Virus record (IMG/VR): IMGVR_UViG_3300014613_000042
Coordinates: 1-42,021 of that record
DNA: 42,021 bases
Direction: 5' to 3' (one strand)
DNA from: a virus
Lineage: Duplodnaviria > Caudoviricetes
The position numbers were made by a program, and so were the translations under genes. Below the pieces are notes generated by a model. The model was not told where the DNA came from and did no database searches. It was given only the letters and a program-made list of their open reading frames with translations. Positions 1-8,436 of the stretch are shown one piece after another. The first letter of the stretch is position 1. Each line of letters starts with the position of its first letter.

Positions 1-33
1 CAGACAATCCCCTTCGACGATCTCCCAGATCAT
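1..33 (-). CDS. N-terminal 11 codons (MIWEIVEGDCL) of the N4/N6 DNA methyltransferase that continues at 42021..41223 across the circular junction
   Basis: The ATG at 33-31 overlaps the primase stop (ATGA). GDCL followed by LRGLPDGWVDAVVTDPPY is the usual N-terminus of beta-class MTases. Confidence 0.85.
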   Translation of the reverse strand, partial: MIWEIVEGDCL

Positions 34-2414
34 GGCTTGACCGCCTCCCGCAATGCGTCCACGTCCCCCACGCCCCGGTCCTTGATCCACGCCTCCAGGT
101 GGGCAACGTCCACGGGCTTGCACCACACACGACGCCCCCCCACCCGGAACGACCTACGGCCCTGGACCCCGGACGGGGCCAGCGTACCCAACGCCGTCCC
201 CACGGCCCTCGTGTCGGGCCGCTCGCGTTCGTGGGCCAGGTAATGATCCCAGCCCTGGACAATGGCGTCCGAGGCCACCCACAACCCCCCGACCTCCCGC
301 CGGACGTGGCCGGGTAAATGGTTCTCGAGCTTCTGAGGGTCTTGGAGGTAACGAACCAGGAACTCGCACACCAACGAGGTCCAACGCGAACCCCCGAGCA
401 AGAGCCGGTGCATGGCCGAGACGTCCCCCTCCACCCAGAACCGTCCCCCCGGCTCCACGGGCCGCTCCGTCCACAACCACAGGACGTGTCGTGCGATCTC
501 GTCGCCCTGTACCAGCTGGGCCCGGACGTCCGGACCCAGGCCGGCCAGGTAGTCCGATGCGGCCGGCGACACGGCGACGTGCAAAAACCGTTGTGCCACG
601 GCCTCGAGGTCCTCCCTCGTCACGATCTCTGTAGAGTCCAACAGGAGATCGTTGTTCGCGGCCAGGATCAACCGAAGAGCTCCACGGAGCTGGGCCGGGG
701 CCCGGTACTTTCGGGAAAGCGTGCGGGAGTGTACGGACACCATCGTACGGAGCGCGGCCGTTGTCGCCTTGCCCCGCCACGTCCGCGGGAGGCCCTCGTC
801 CCCCAGGACCACAGGGCACAGGGCCGCGAGGTCCTCGTTGAAATCCCCCAAGATCCGCTCCAGCTCCACAGGTGGGCCCTCGGTCCACAGACGAGCCAGA
901 CCCATAGCAAGGAGCGTCTTACCGGCCCCCCTTGCCCCCGACAGGTACAGAGCACACAGGAGTCGGGAACAGTCGGGAGCACAGGCGAGCCAATCCAGGA
1001 GCCTCGACAGGGCGTCCTCGTCGGCGTCCACGAGGGAGGACAACCAACCCTCGACCACCGGGGACCTCGTGGGCGTGAGGTCTCGCAAAGGCCTTACAGC
1101 CTCCCGCATGGTCGCAGTAGCAGGATCGAAAGAGGACCGTTGCACAGTGAGATCAGCGACCACTTCCGCGGCCACGCTCCCATGGCCCCGGAGGATCTCG
1201 GGGACTGCTTTGGCTTGCCAACCCCCCTTTTCGGTGGGTCGGTACAGATCCACCGGGGCCCTCGCGAGGAGGGTAACGATCGCCGTGGACGCCTCGTCCT
1301 TGCTAAATGGACCTAGATATCCTTCAGGCCCCAGGACGTAGATCGTCGAATCTTTCTGGACGAGCCAGCGGCGGGGGAGGTCCTGGGCCGACCATCCCTG
1401 GATCTTTGCGATCTCGTGGAGGTCCTCGGAGGTCCAAGGGGACTCGCCCTCGTGGAGCTGGGAACGCCTGGCCCTCTCGCGACGAGCCTGCCGCAACTTC
1501 GCCACGCCCCCCTCGTATGCTTTCCGTGCGGCCGAGGGCTGCGGCCCGTCCTCGCCAGCGGCGGCCAGCGAGGGAGCCAAGACCGCCTCGAGGACGCCCA
1601 CGGGGAGGTCCGGGTAGGCGTCCGCGATCCACCAAGTGACGTCTCGCATGGCCCGGTGACGATCCCCCGCCTCCGCGATAGGCTCCCCCTGGAGGACCCG
1701 CCGGGCCACTTCTTTGATCGGCTCCGTCGCTGGGATCCGAGCCAGACGAGCCCGGAGCCTGGCCGCCGTCGAAGCCACGACCACGTCCGAAACCCCCTCT
1801 GGGGTCGGCTCGTAGGCCACGGCGTTGGACAGGTCGAGGAGGCTCCCGGGGTTGTGCAGGGTCCACGACTCGGCCCCCGGATAGGTCGAGGGGAAGTAAT
1901 GCAAACGGGAGGCGTCCTTGGTCTGGGGATCGTTCCAACCCCCTATCAGAGCATTGACGGCCGCCCAGGCCGCCGGCCAACTCGAGGCCGGGACCGGGGA
2001 CGCCAGGGGCAGGAGGACACGGATCCTATTCCCGCCCCCCTTGGCCGGCGCTTTGTGGGCGTGTGTCGTCCAAGCGAACCACTCGAGTGAAGCGAGGGGG
2101 CCCCGGAGGATTTTCAAGACCGCATCGTCCGTCAGATCGCCCAGCGTTTCGTGATCCTCCAGGTCCAGGATCGCGGCCGTCAAAAACGCCACACCAGACA
2201 GGGATCGGGAGGCCCCCGGGTGGAGCGTCCCGGCCAACATCGCGGGGCCGTTTTTGGCCCTGTCCAGCGACTCCTTAGATTGCCCGTCGGACTCGGATCC
2301 GCGGACGTCGTGGGCTGAGAGGATTTGGATCCACTCGCTCCACTTCAAGGTTTTCACGGATCCGGACGTGTCGAAAGCGTCCCGGAAAAGGCAAAGCGAC
2401 AGATCGAAATCCAA
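30..2414 (-). CDS. Primase (AEP/prim-pol-like) fused to a P-loop NTPase/helicase-like domain
   Basis: AEP-like motifs ILDLED, TTHAH, RIRVLLPL and DASRLHYFP; C-terminal Walker A LYLSGARGAGKT and Walker B VLGDEG. Start moved to TTG 2414 behind an AAGGAG Shine-Dalgarno. Confidence 0.8.
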   Translation of the reverse strand: MDFDLSLCLFRDAFDTSGSVKTLKWSEWIQILSAHDVRGSESDGQSKESLDRAKNGPAMLAGTLHPGASRSLSGVAFLTAAILDLEDHETLGDLTDDAVLKILRGPLASLEWFAWTTHAHKAPAKGGGNRIRVLLPLASPVPASSWPAAWAAVNALIGGWNDPQTKDASRLHYFPSTYPGAESWTLHNPGSLLDLSNAVAYEPTPEGVSDVVVASTAARLRARLARIPATEPIKEVARRVLQGEPIAEAGDRHRAMRDVTWWIADAYPDLPVGVLEAVLAPSLAAAGEDGPQPSAARKAYEGGVAKLRQARRERARRSQLHEGESPWTSEDLHEIAKIQGWSAQDLPRRWLVQKDSTIYVLGPEGYLGPFSKDEASTAIVTLLARAPVDLYRPTEKGGWQAKAVPEILRGHGSVAAEVVADLTVQRSSFDPATATMREAVRPLRDLTPTRSPVVEGWLSSLVDADEDALSRLLDWLACAPDCSRLLCALYLSGARGAGKTLLAMGLARLWTEGPPVELERILGDFNEDLAALCPVVLGDEGLPRTWRGKATTAALRTMVSVHSRTLSRKYRAPAQLRGALRLILAANNDLLLDSTEIVTREDLEAVAQRFLHVAVSPAASDYLAGLGPDVRAQLVQGDEIARHVLWLWTERPVEPGGRFWVEGDVSAMHRLLLGGSRWTSLVCEFLVRYLQDPQKLENHLPGHVRREVGGLWVASDAIVQGWDHYLAHERERPDTRAVGTALGTLAPSGVQGRRSFRVGGRRVWCKPVDVAHLEAWIKDRGVGDVDALREAVKP

Positions 2415-2439
2415 AATATCTCCTTTGAGAGTGTCCGAA

Positions 2440-2468
2440 TTTGTACCACGATCGCGTTTTTGCGACAA
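2440..2468 (-). promoter_or_regulatory. Putative sigma70-type leftward promoter for the replication/accessory arm
   Basis: Minus strand reads TTGTCG-17 bp-TACAAA with a TG extension, just upstream of the primase SD. Confidence 0.5.
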
Positions 2469-2490
2469 GTTTTTCAATCCGCACGAAACA

Positions 2491-2740
2491 GTTTGGATCC
2501 ACTTTCGGACCTAAGTAGCTGAAACTCCCCAAAACAGGTGGATCCAAACCCCCTTTTATCTACTACTATAGGGTCGGGGGAGAGAACAGTTTGCACACAC
2601 TGTAGGTAATTCAATCTCTCCCCCAACCCATTATATCCACAGTAAAGGATGTGACTGGATCCACTTTCTCGGATCTTCGCGTTATCATTTCGGAAAAGGT
2701 GGATCCAAACGCCGAATTTGCAATGGATCCGTGGATCCAT
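2491..2740. repeat. Cluster of TGGATCC(A) motifs: two head-to-head pairs plus a tandem pair
   Basis: GTTTGGATCCAC 2491-2502 / GTGGATCCAAAC 2538-2549; TGGATCCACTTTC 2656-2668 / AGGTGGATCCAAAC 2697-2710; ATGGATCCGTGGATCCAT 2723-2740. All lie in the AT-richer intergenic region. Confidence 0.9.
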
Positions 2741-2746
2741 TATACT
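2718..2746 (+). promoter_or_regulatory. sigma70-type rightward promoter for the packaging/structural arm
   Basis: TTGCAA (2718-2723), 17 bp, TATACT (2741-2746), then AAGGAGG SD and GTG 2770. Confidence 0.75.
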
Positions 2747-2769
2747 GCTGAACAGGAAAGGAGGCCGTT

Positions 2770-3078
2770 GTGTCTCTCAAAAGATCTGACCTCCCCGGCC
2801 GGCCGTATTTGTTCCCGGATCGTGGGGTCGCCCTGTTCGTCCTCGCGTGCTTTTGGTGCGGGTGCCCGGACCATTACCGGACGCCCTTGTCCAATTCGGG
2901 TTTCTGGGACGTCAAAGTCCGGCGCAATCGTCGCCAGCTCGAGGCCGATCAGGCTCATGTCCGTGGACTTGGTTGGACCGTTGTGGTAGCGTGGGAACAC
3001 GAAGCGGGAGAGACGGCTCGGACAATCTCGGAATCGGAAACGCGGGCCTGGTCTCTCCCGTACCGTTTGGCCGGGTAG
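2770..3078 (+). CDS. Vsr-like (very short patch repair endonuclease fold) protein, probably catalytically inactive
   Basis: LPGRP..FV.ACFW.GC..H...P.SN..FW..K...N...LGWTVVVAWE follows the Vsr family pattern; good SD. Confidence 0.8.
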   Translation: MSLKRSDLPGRPYLFPDRGVALFVLACFWCGCPDHYRTPLSNSGFWDVKVRRNRRQLEADQAHVRGLGWTVVVAWEHEAGETARTISESETRAWSLPYRLAG

Positions 3079-3081
3079 CCT

Positions 3082-3612
3082 ATGAACGCAAAACAGAAAG
3101 CATTCGTCCGGGAATACGTCAAGGATTTCAACGCCACACAGGCCGCGATCCGTGCGGGCTACTCCAAGAAAACGGCTGGTGTTCAAAGCCACGAGCTCCT
3201 CAAGAAACCTGAGATCAAAGCTGCAATCGAGGCCAAACAGGCCAAAGCCGAGGATCGGGCCGCGATCACCGTGGACGAAATTGTGGCTCGTCTCGCGGGG
3301 ATAGCCCGAGCCGGGCTGGGTGATATCCTCGATTGGGACGAGGAGACGGCGACGTTGATCGCCAAGGCGGACATGGGCCCCGAGGCCCTGGCCGCGGTCA
3401 AGACGATCAAGCAAACCGTCGTGGAGGTTGAATCCAATTCGGACGACACTGTCCGGATATCTCGAAACACGTCCGCATCCATGCACGATCCGATCAAGGC
3501 CATGGAACTCCTGGGCCGCTACCTCGGGGCGTTCACGGAGAAACACGAGATCTCTGGCAAGCTGTCCTTGGTCGACGCGATCCGGGGCGTCTCGGATTCG
3601 GACGGGGAGTGA
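3082..3612 (+). CDS. terS: Terminase small subunit
   Basis: KQKAFVREYVKDFNATQAAIRAGYSKKTA and KAMELLGRYLGAF are typical Terminase_2-type TerS motifs; lies directly upstream of TerL. Confidence 0.93.
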   Translation: MNAKQKAFVREYVKDFNATQAAIRAGYSKKTAGVQSHELLKKPEIKAAIEAKQAKAEDRAAITVDEIVARLAGIARAGLGDILDWDEETATLIAKADMGPEALAAVKTIKQTVVEVESNSDDTVRISRNTSASMHDPIKAMELLGRYLGAFTEKHEISGKLSLVDAIRGVSDSDGE

Positions 3613-5171
3613 CGCCCACCAACACCGAGATCCGGGCCGCCCGGGACACCTGGCGCCGAGACCCAGTCCGATTTTTTCGGGAGGTCCTCGGGGATAAGCC
3701 CGAGCCACACCAGATCCAGATCATCGAGGCTGTCCGGGACCACCGGGAGACGTCCGTAGCATCCTGCCACGGCCCCGGGAAGGACTGGACGGCCGGCCGC
3801 TTGGCCTTGTGGTTCGCCGTGTGTTATCCCCCCGCCTGGGTCATTACGACGGCCCCCTCGGCTCGCCAGGTCGAGGACATCCTGTGGAAGGAAATCCGGA
3901 TCGCCCACCGGGACGCCCTCGTGGATCTCGGTGGCGAGTTCCTGCCCAAAGCTCCCGAATTGTCCTGGAGCGTCGACCACAAGATGATCGGGTTCAAGGC
4001 CTCGGACTACGACGAGGACCGCTGGCAGGGTCGCCACGAGCGAAACATACTCGTGATCCTAGACGAGGCCTCGGGCATATCCCAGGCCGTGGAGAACGGC
4101 TTGGCTGGTTGTCTCACGAGCTCCAACGCCAAACTTGTCCGGATTGGGAACCCCCTGGACGCCGCGTCGCCGTTCGGTAGGTCGTTCAAGGACCCAGAGT
4201 GCAAGAAGATACGGATATCCGCTTTTGACACGTCCAACTTCCTCCAGCTTGGGATAGGCCGTGAGCAGATCCAGGACGGCTCGTGGAGAGACATCGAGGC
4301 CGACTGGATCGCGACCCATGGAAAGCTCCCCAACGACAAGCTCGTGACGCCTTGGTGGGTGGCGAAGTATTCGGCCAAATGGGGTTGGGATTCGCCCTTG
4401 ACCGTGGCCAAGATCCTGGGCCGGTTCCCGGACTCGTCGGACGACGTTTTGGTGCCCCTGTCGTGGTACGAACAGGCCAAGGAGCGGACGATCGATGCGT
4501 TGCCCACAGACCCCCTCGTCCTGGGCTTGGATGTGGCGGACAGGGGCACGGCCTTCTCGTCCTGCTACAGGCGTCACGGTGGTTTCCTCCGCCGTCTGTG
4601 GCGGAAAAACGGGGCACTAACCCCGGAGATCGTCGGGCGGGTCCTCCAGGAGCAACGGGACGGTTCTGTGTGGGCCGCCAGGGACGGCGTGACCTACTCG
4701 GACGCCTCGGACAAGACCGCTGGTGAGATCGTCCCCACGGCCGCCGTGGATGCCGTGGGCGTCGGAGCTGGCGTCTACAACATGCTCGAGGAGGCCGGGG
4801 CCCCGTGTGCGCGCATGATGGCCGGGGCGTCTCCACGGGACAAAGAGCGTTTTCCCTCGGCCTCGGCGGAGTGGGCGTGGTCGTTCCGGGAGAGGTTCAG
4901 GCCGGACGTTGCAGCGATCGACGTAGATCCGGCGGACGAGGAGCTGGAGGCCCAGGCGACGAGCCGACGTTGGGCCCCCGATTCTCGCGGCCGGGTCAAG
5001 CTCGAGTCCAAGGACGAAATGGCGAAGAGGGGCATACCCTCCCCAGATGATTTGGACGCTGCTATACTGGCCTTTGCGACCAACGGGGAGACCGGGCTCG
5101 GGTTCGGTGCGTCCGCTGGGTTCGGGTTGAAGGATTTACTCGTGACGAGGGGAGCGGATTTCGGGCTATGA
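3609..5171 (+). CDS. terL: Terminase large subunit
   Basis: Walker A-like SCHGPGKD, TAPS..Q, Walker B ILDEASG, IGNP, nuclease motifs LGLDVA, VDAVGVG and SPDDLDA. Confidence 0.95.
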   Translation: MTPTNTEIRAARDTWRRDPVRFFREVLGDKPEPHQIQIIEAVRDHRETSVASCHGPGKDWTAGRLALWFAVCYPPAWVITTAPSARQVEDILWKEIRIAHRDALVDLGGEFLPKAPELSWSVDHKMIGFKASDYDEDRWQGRHERNILVILDEASGISQAVENGLAGCLTSSNAKLVRIGNPLDAASPFGRSFKDPECKKIRISAFDTSNFLQLGIGREQIQDGSWRDIEADWIATHGKLPNDKLVTPWWVAKYSAKWGWDSPLTVAKILGRFPDSSDDVLVPLSWYEQAKERTIDALPTDPLVLGLDVADRGTAFSSCYRRHGGFLRRLWRKNGALTPEIVGRVLQEQRDGSVWAARDGVTYSDASDKTAGEIVPTAAVDAVGVGAGVYNMLEEAGAPCARMMAGASPRDKERFPSASAEWAWSFRERFRPDVAAIDVDPADEELEAQATSRRWAPDSRGRVKLESKDEMAKRGIPSPDDLDAAILAFATNGETGLGFGASAGFGLKDLLVTRGADFGL

Positions 5172-5497
5172 GCGCACTAACCACAGACGTCAAGAGCAAG
5201 ACCCACGCGATTCAGAACGGCGTGGACGTGAACAACCCCGAGGAGTGGCCCAAATGCCGGGAATGTAAAACCCCGATCGATGGAATGGCTGTGTTCCGCA
5301 CGTCGAAGGGCTACCGGTTCGTGTTCCGTTGCCATGGCGACGAACGGCGGGAGGTCGTGACGTACACCTACCACGAGGCCATGGCCGACCGTGACCAGGA
5401 AATGTGTTTTGGGCCGGGGTTCGTCGAGGGCGAGCCCATGGTTCAGTGGCGCAAGGTGGGCCGGATCCGTGTGTACCAGTCGGGGACGCTCCACTAA
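5168..5497 (+). CDS. Hypothetical protein with CxxC...CH putative zinc site
   Basis: Coupled to both neighbours (ATGA and TAATG overlaps); contains CREC and CHG. Confidence 0.7.
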   Translation: MSALTTDVKSKTHAIQNGVDVNNPEEWPKCRECKTPIDGMAVFRTSKGYRFVFRCHGDERREVVTYTYHEAMADRDQEMCFGPGFVEGEPMVQWRKVGRIRVYQSGTLH

Positions 5498-6348
5498 TGT
5501 GTTTCGACCTCCAGGCCTTCGCCAAGGCGTTGCCCGGGGAGCCGGGGCCGACGGGGTCCGAGGTCCGGGACGCCAGGCGACGTCAACACAGGCTCAAAGT
5601 TGAGAATGAGGCCAGGCCCCTATCCGTGCAGATTGAGCGGATCCTCCGCCGTATCGCGGAGCGGGAGGCGTCCCAGGCGATCCGTGACCTGGGGATCGTC
5701 GAGGTCGCCAAGATCATCCCGGCGGACCTCGAGGACCTCCGCAACGTCCTCGAGAACTTCGGCGGGGCCAGGTTGGCCGACTCCACGATCCAGATGGCCC
5801 GGCGCCTGGGCGTAGACCCAGACGAGCTCGGGGGCGTCCGTCGGATCCGCCAAGAGGCCGAGATCGACTTGGCCGGCCAGATCGACGTGATCCTGGCCGA
5901 GTTCGAGACGGGAACCCAGCTCGAGATCTCAAACATTGTTCGGGAGATCATCGAGCAGGCACAGAGCGAGTTCCCCCGGCCGACCCAGACGGAGATCGCG
6001 TCCAGGATCCGGGAGGCCGCGGGGCGGGTCGCGATCCTCTCCCCGACGAGGGCCGAGGACATCTCCCGCCGCTACACAACCGGCGTGGAGAACGCGGGGA
6101 TAGACGCGGCCTATCGGGAGGCGGGGATCGTCAAGATCGAGTGGGTTTCGATCCTGTCCATTTCGGCGATCGGCAACCCTCCGCGTTGGTGGCACAGGGA
6201 AATGGACGGGGAGACCACGGCCGTGGGCGTCCCGTTCAAGGTGCCGAACCCCCAGGGGGGCGTGGATTTGATGCGATACCCGGGAGACCCCAGGGCCCCG
6301 GGCGAACAGACCCGGTATTGTCGTTGCACGACATCGCCGGTCAAATAG
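5497..6348 (+). CDS. Phage head morphogenesis / minor head protein (SPP1 gp7 / Mu gpF-like)
   Basis: C-terminal KIEW...H..MDGE.......F........MRYPGDP......YCRC motif; ATG 5497 overlaps the upstream TAA. Confidence 0.85.
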   Translation: MCFDLQAFAKALPGEPGPTGSEVRDARRRQHRLKVENEARPLSVQIERILRRIAEREASQAIRDLGIVEVAKIIPADLEDLRNVLENFGGARLADSTIQMARRLGVDPDELGGVRRIRQEAEIDLAGQIDVILAEFETGTQLEISNIVREIIEQAQSEFPRPTQTEIASRIREAAGRVAILSPTRAEDISRRYTTGVENAGIDAAYREAGIVKIEWVSILSISAIGNPPRWWHREMDGETTAVGVPFKVPNPQGGVDLMRYPGDPRAPGEQTRYCRCTTSPVK

Positions 6349-6361
6349 GGAAGGGGTCGAA

Positions 6362-6580
6362 GTGGGCGAACGAGATCGACGTGAGCGAACCGAAAAACTT
6401 CACGAGCGTTACGAGCAGACCGAGGGCCGGATGTTGGACGCCGTGGACGATCTTTTGAAGCGGGCCCGCAGGGTCGCCAGCCAGGAGACGAACCCGGACG
6501 CGGCCAAGATCGCGGGACGGTTCGTGGACATTGCCCGGCGTCTATACGTGACGGCGGGAACGACCCAGACGGGTACGTAG
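6362..6580 (+). CDS. Hypothetical protein (72 aa)
   Basis: Fills the gap between head genes; GGGAAGGGG precedes the GTG start. Confidence 0.6.
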   Translation: MGERDRRERTEKLHERYEQTEGRMLDAVDDLLKRARRVASQETNPDAAKIAGRFVDIARRLYVTAGTTQTGT

Positions 6581-6592
6581 GAGGCAAACGCC

Positions 6593-7960
6593 GTGCCAAG
6601 AGAACAACGAACTATGTTTGACGAATTGGGGGCAACCGGCCTCAGGAACACGGCGGGGGGCCGTGGCCGTGGGTCTGTGGACGACGAGTGGAACCCGAGG
6701 CTCAAGGGCAAGAAGCGGTACAAATACCAGCGAGAGATCCTCGACACGTCGCCGATCGTTGGGGGTATGCGAGAGTACATCGAAACCCTCATGTCTCGGC
6801 CCGAGACCGAGACCGAGCCGAACCCCGAGGGGATGAAAGTCTCCCCGTCGGTCACGCTCGAGGCCGCGGATTACCTGGACTCCGTGCGGGACGATATGGC
6901 CCACACCTGGCGGGCCATGCTCCACGACTGTTTCACGGCGATTTGGCATGGCCACGCGGAGCTGGAGATCGTGCTCAAGCGTCGCCTGGGTCCGAACCCA
7001 GGGCCAGGCCTCCCGACGTCTCGGCACAACGACGGCCGGGTGGGTTGGCACAAAATCGTCCTCCGGAGCCAGGACACGATCGAGGATTGGGAGTGGAGCG
7101 AGGACGGCTCCGGGGACGTCGTGGGCGTGTACCAGGAACGCCAGGACGGCCCCGAGGTGTTCATATCAATGAACAAGCTGTTCCACGTCCGGTTCCGCTA
7201 CGACCGGAACAACCCGGAGCCCTCGGGCGCCCTCCGCGCAATCGAACGGTCCTATCGTTTCGGCAATAGAATCGAGGATTTCGAGGGGATTGCAATCCAA
7301 CGGGACGCGGGCGGAACCATGGTTGCCAAAATGCCTGTGTCCGTGTTCTCGGCCAAGGCAGGGACCGCCGGCGCCCTGACCCGGGCGACCATGATCGAAA
7401 TGGCCCAGCTCGCGGGGACGGACGAGTTTCGTGGGGGCGGGTTCCCCCACGCAACCGACCCGGCCACGGGCCAGGCTTCGGGTTACGACCTCGAGACCCT
7501 GTCCTCCACGCAAAACATCGCGGCGTTCGACCGGCCAATCGTGCGGCACCAAACCCGAATGGGGATCGGCCTCCTCCTCCAGTGGTTGTTCATGGCCGTG
7601 GAGAATCAGGGTGCCATGGCCGCGATCAGCGCGGCCCAGGACGTATCCCAGATGGCCGTGGGGGCCAAGCTGGCGGCCCTGTTCGAACAGATCAACCGGG
7701 GCCCGGTTCGGAGCCTGTACCGTCTGACCTCGTTCCCCGAGTGGGCCTGGGCGTCCTACAAACACGGCGAGATCTCGCCGTTGTCCCCGGAGTCCCTCGT
7801 CCAGTCCGTAGCCACGTTGGTGTCCGCCGGTATGCCGGTGGGTTTCGACCAAGAGATTACAAACCACCTCCGCCAGACCCTCGGCCTCCCCCTCCCCGAC
7901 GTGGGCGCCAGGTCCGCGGCCCAGCCTGCCCGAGCTGGCCTGAAACGCAGTCTCGTTTAG
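6593..7960 (+). CDS. Portal protein (DUF935 / Mu gp29-like)
   Basis: 455 aa; ELGATGL, GHAELEIV, GWHKIVLRSQDTI, NPEPSGALR, EGIAIQRD and LRQTLGLP resemble this portal family; located in the head module. Confidence 0.85.
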   Translation: MPREQRTMFDELGATGLRNTAGGRGRGSVDDEWNPRLKGKKRYKYQREILDTSPIVGGMREYIETLMSRPETETEPNPEGMKVSPSVTLEAADYLDSVRDDMAHTWRAMLHDCFTAIWHGHAELEIVLKRRLGPNPGPGLPTSRHNDGRVGWHKIVLRSQDTIEDWEWSEDGSGDVVGVYQERQDGPEVFISMNKLFHVRFRYDRNNPEPSGALRAIERSYRFGNRIEDFEGIAIQRDAGGTMVAKMPVSVFSAKAGTAGALTRATMIEMAQLAGTDEFRGGGFPHATDPATGQASGYDLETLSSTQNIAAFDRPIVRHQTRMGIGLLLQWLFMAVENQGAMAAISAAQDVSQMAVGAKLAALFEQINRGPVRSLYRLTSFPEWAWASYKHGEISPLSPESLVQSVATLVSAGMPVGFDQEITNHLRQTLGLPLPDVGARSAAQPARAGLKRSLV

Positions 7961-7990
7961 AAACCTTCGTCTCGACCTGAGACAAAAACC

Positions 7991-8019
7991 TTGACACGTC
8001 AGTCCGGATAGTCCACATT
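7991..8019 (+). promoter_or_regulatory. Possible internal promoter upstream of the protease/capsid genes
   Basis: A-tract plus perfect TTGACA (7991-7996), 17 bp, weak -10 CACATT. Confidence 0.35.
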
Positions 8020-8058
8020 TGAGACGCTTGAGTTTCGAACCGAGACGGAGGACGCCCC

Positions 8059-8436
8059 TTGCTCGAGGATTTCACGGTCACCACGGAGATCGCCAAGATC
8101 AGCACAGATCTGGGTGAGGTTGCCGGGTGGGCTTACGTGTCCCGAGACGCCGAGGGGTTCCGTACCATCGATAAGCGTTTCGGCGAACATGCCCCGATCG
8201 AGGAAGTGGCCAAGGCGGCCCGTCGGTTCATGCTTGAGTCTCAGAGGGGCGACGTTATGCACGTCAAGGACGCCCCAGCCAAGCTCTTGGAGATCGTCGT
8301 CGTGGACGCCGAGTTCAAGAAGGCTGTGGGGATCGACCCCGAGGCGAACAGGACCGAGGGCGTTTGGTGCCGTTGGCAATGGGACACGGACCACGAGACG
8401 TGGGCCGAGATCCTGGACGGGCGGAGGGCCGCGTAA
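8059..8436 (+). CDS. Prohead protease, XkdF-like, N-terminal part (split from its C-terminal motif)
   Basis: VAGWAYVS, EEVAKAARRFM, GDVMH and TWAEILDG resemble XkdF-like proteases, but the ORF stops before the expected (G)FSIGG-like motif. Confidence 0.75.
   Translation: MLEDFTVTTEIAKISTDLGEVAGWAYVSRDAEGFRTIDKRFGEHAPIEEVAKAARRFMLESQRGDVMHVKDAPAKLLEIVVVDAEFKKAVGIDPEANRTEGVWCRWQWDTDHETWAEILDGRRAA

Noticed and set aside
37-2278. Long plus-strand and alternate-frame ORFs overlapping the primase (e.g. 318-1316, 652-1341), and similar shadow ORFs genome-wide
   Set aside because: They are antisense or off-frame to well-supported genes, Arg/Pro/Gly-rich, lack motifs and an SD, and are expected in high-GC DNA.
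2415-2477. 21-codon N-terminal extension of the primase ORF
   Set aside because: It overlaps the predicted promoter, and an AAGGAG SD points to TTG 2414.
2631-2641. TTATATCCACA as a DnaA box
   Set aside because: It is a single imperfect match, insufficient on its own.
2491-2740. TGGATCC repeats as a CRISPR array
   Set aside because: The repeats are only 7-14 bp, alternate in orientation and are irregularly spaced, and there is no cas operon.
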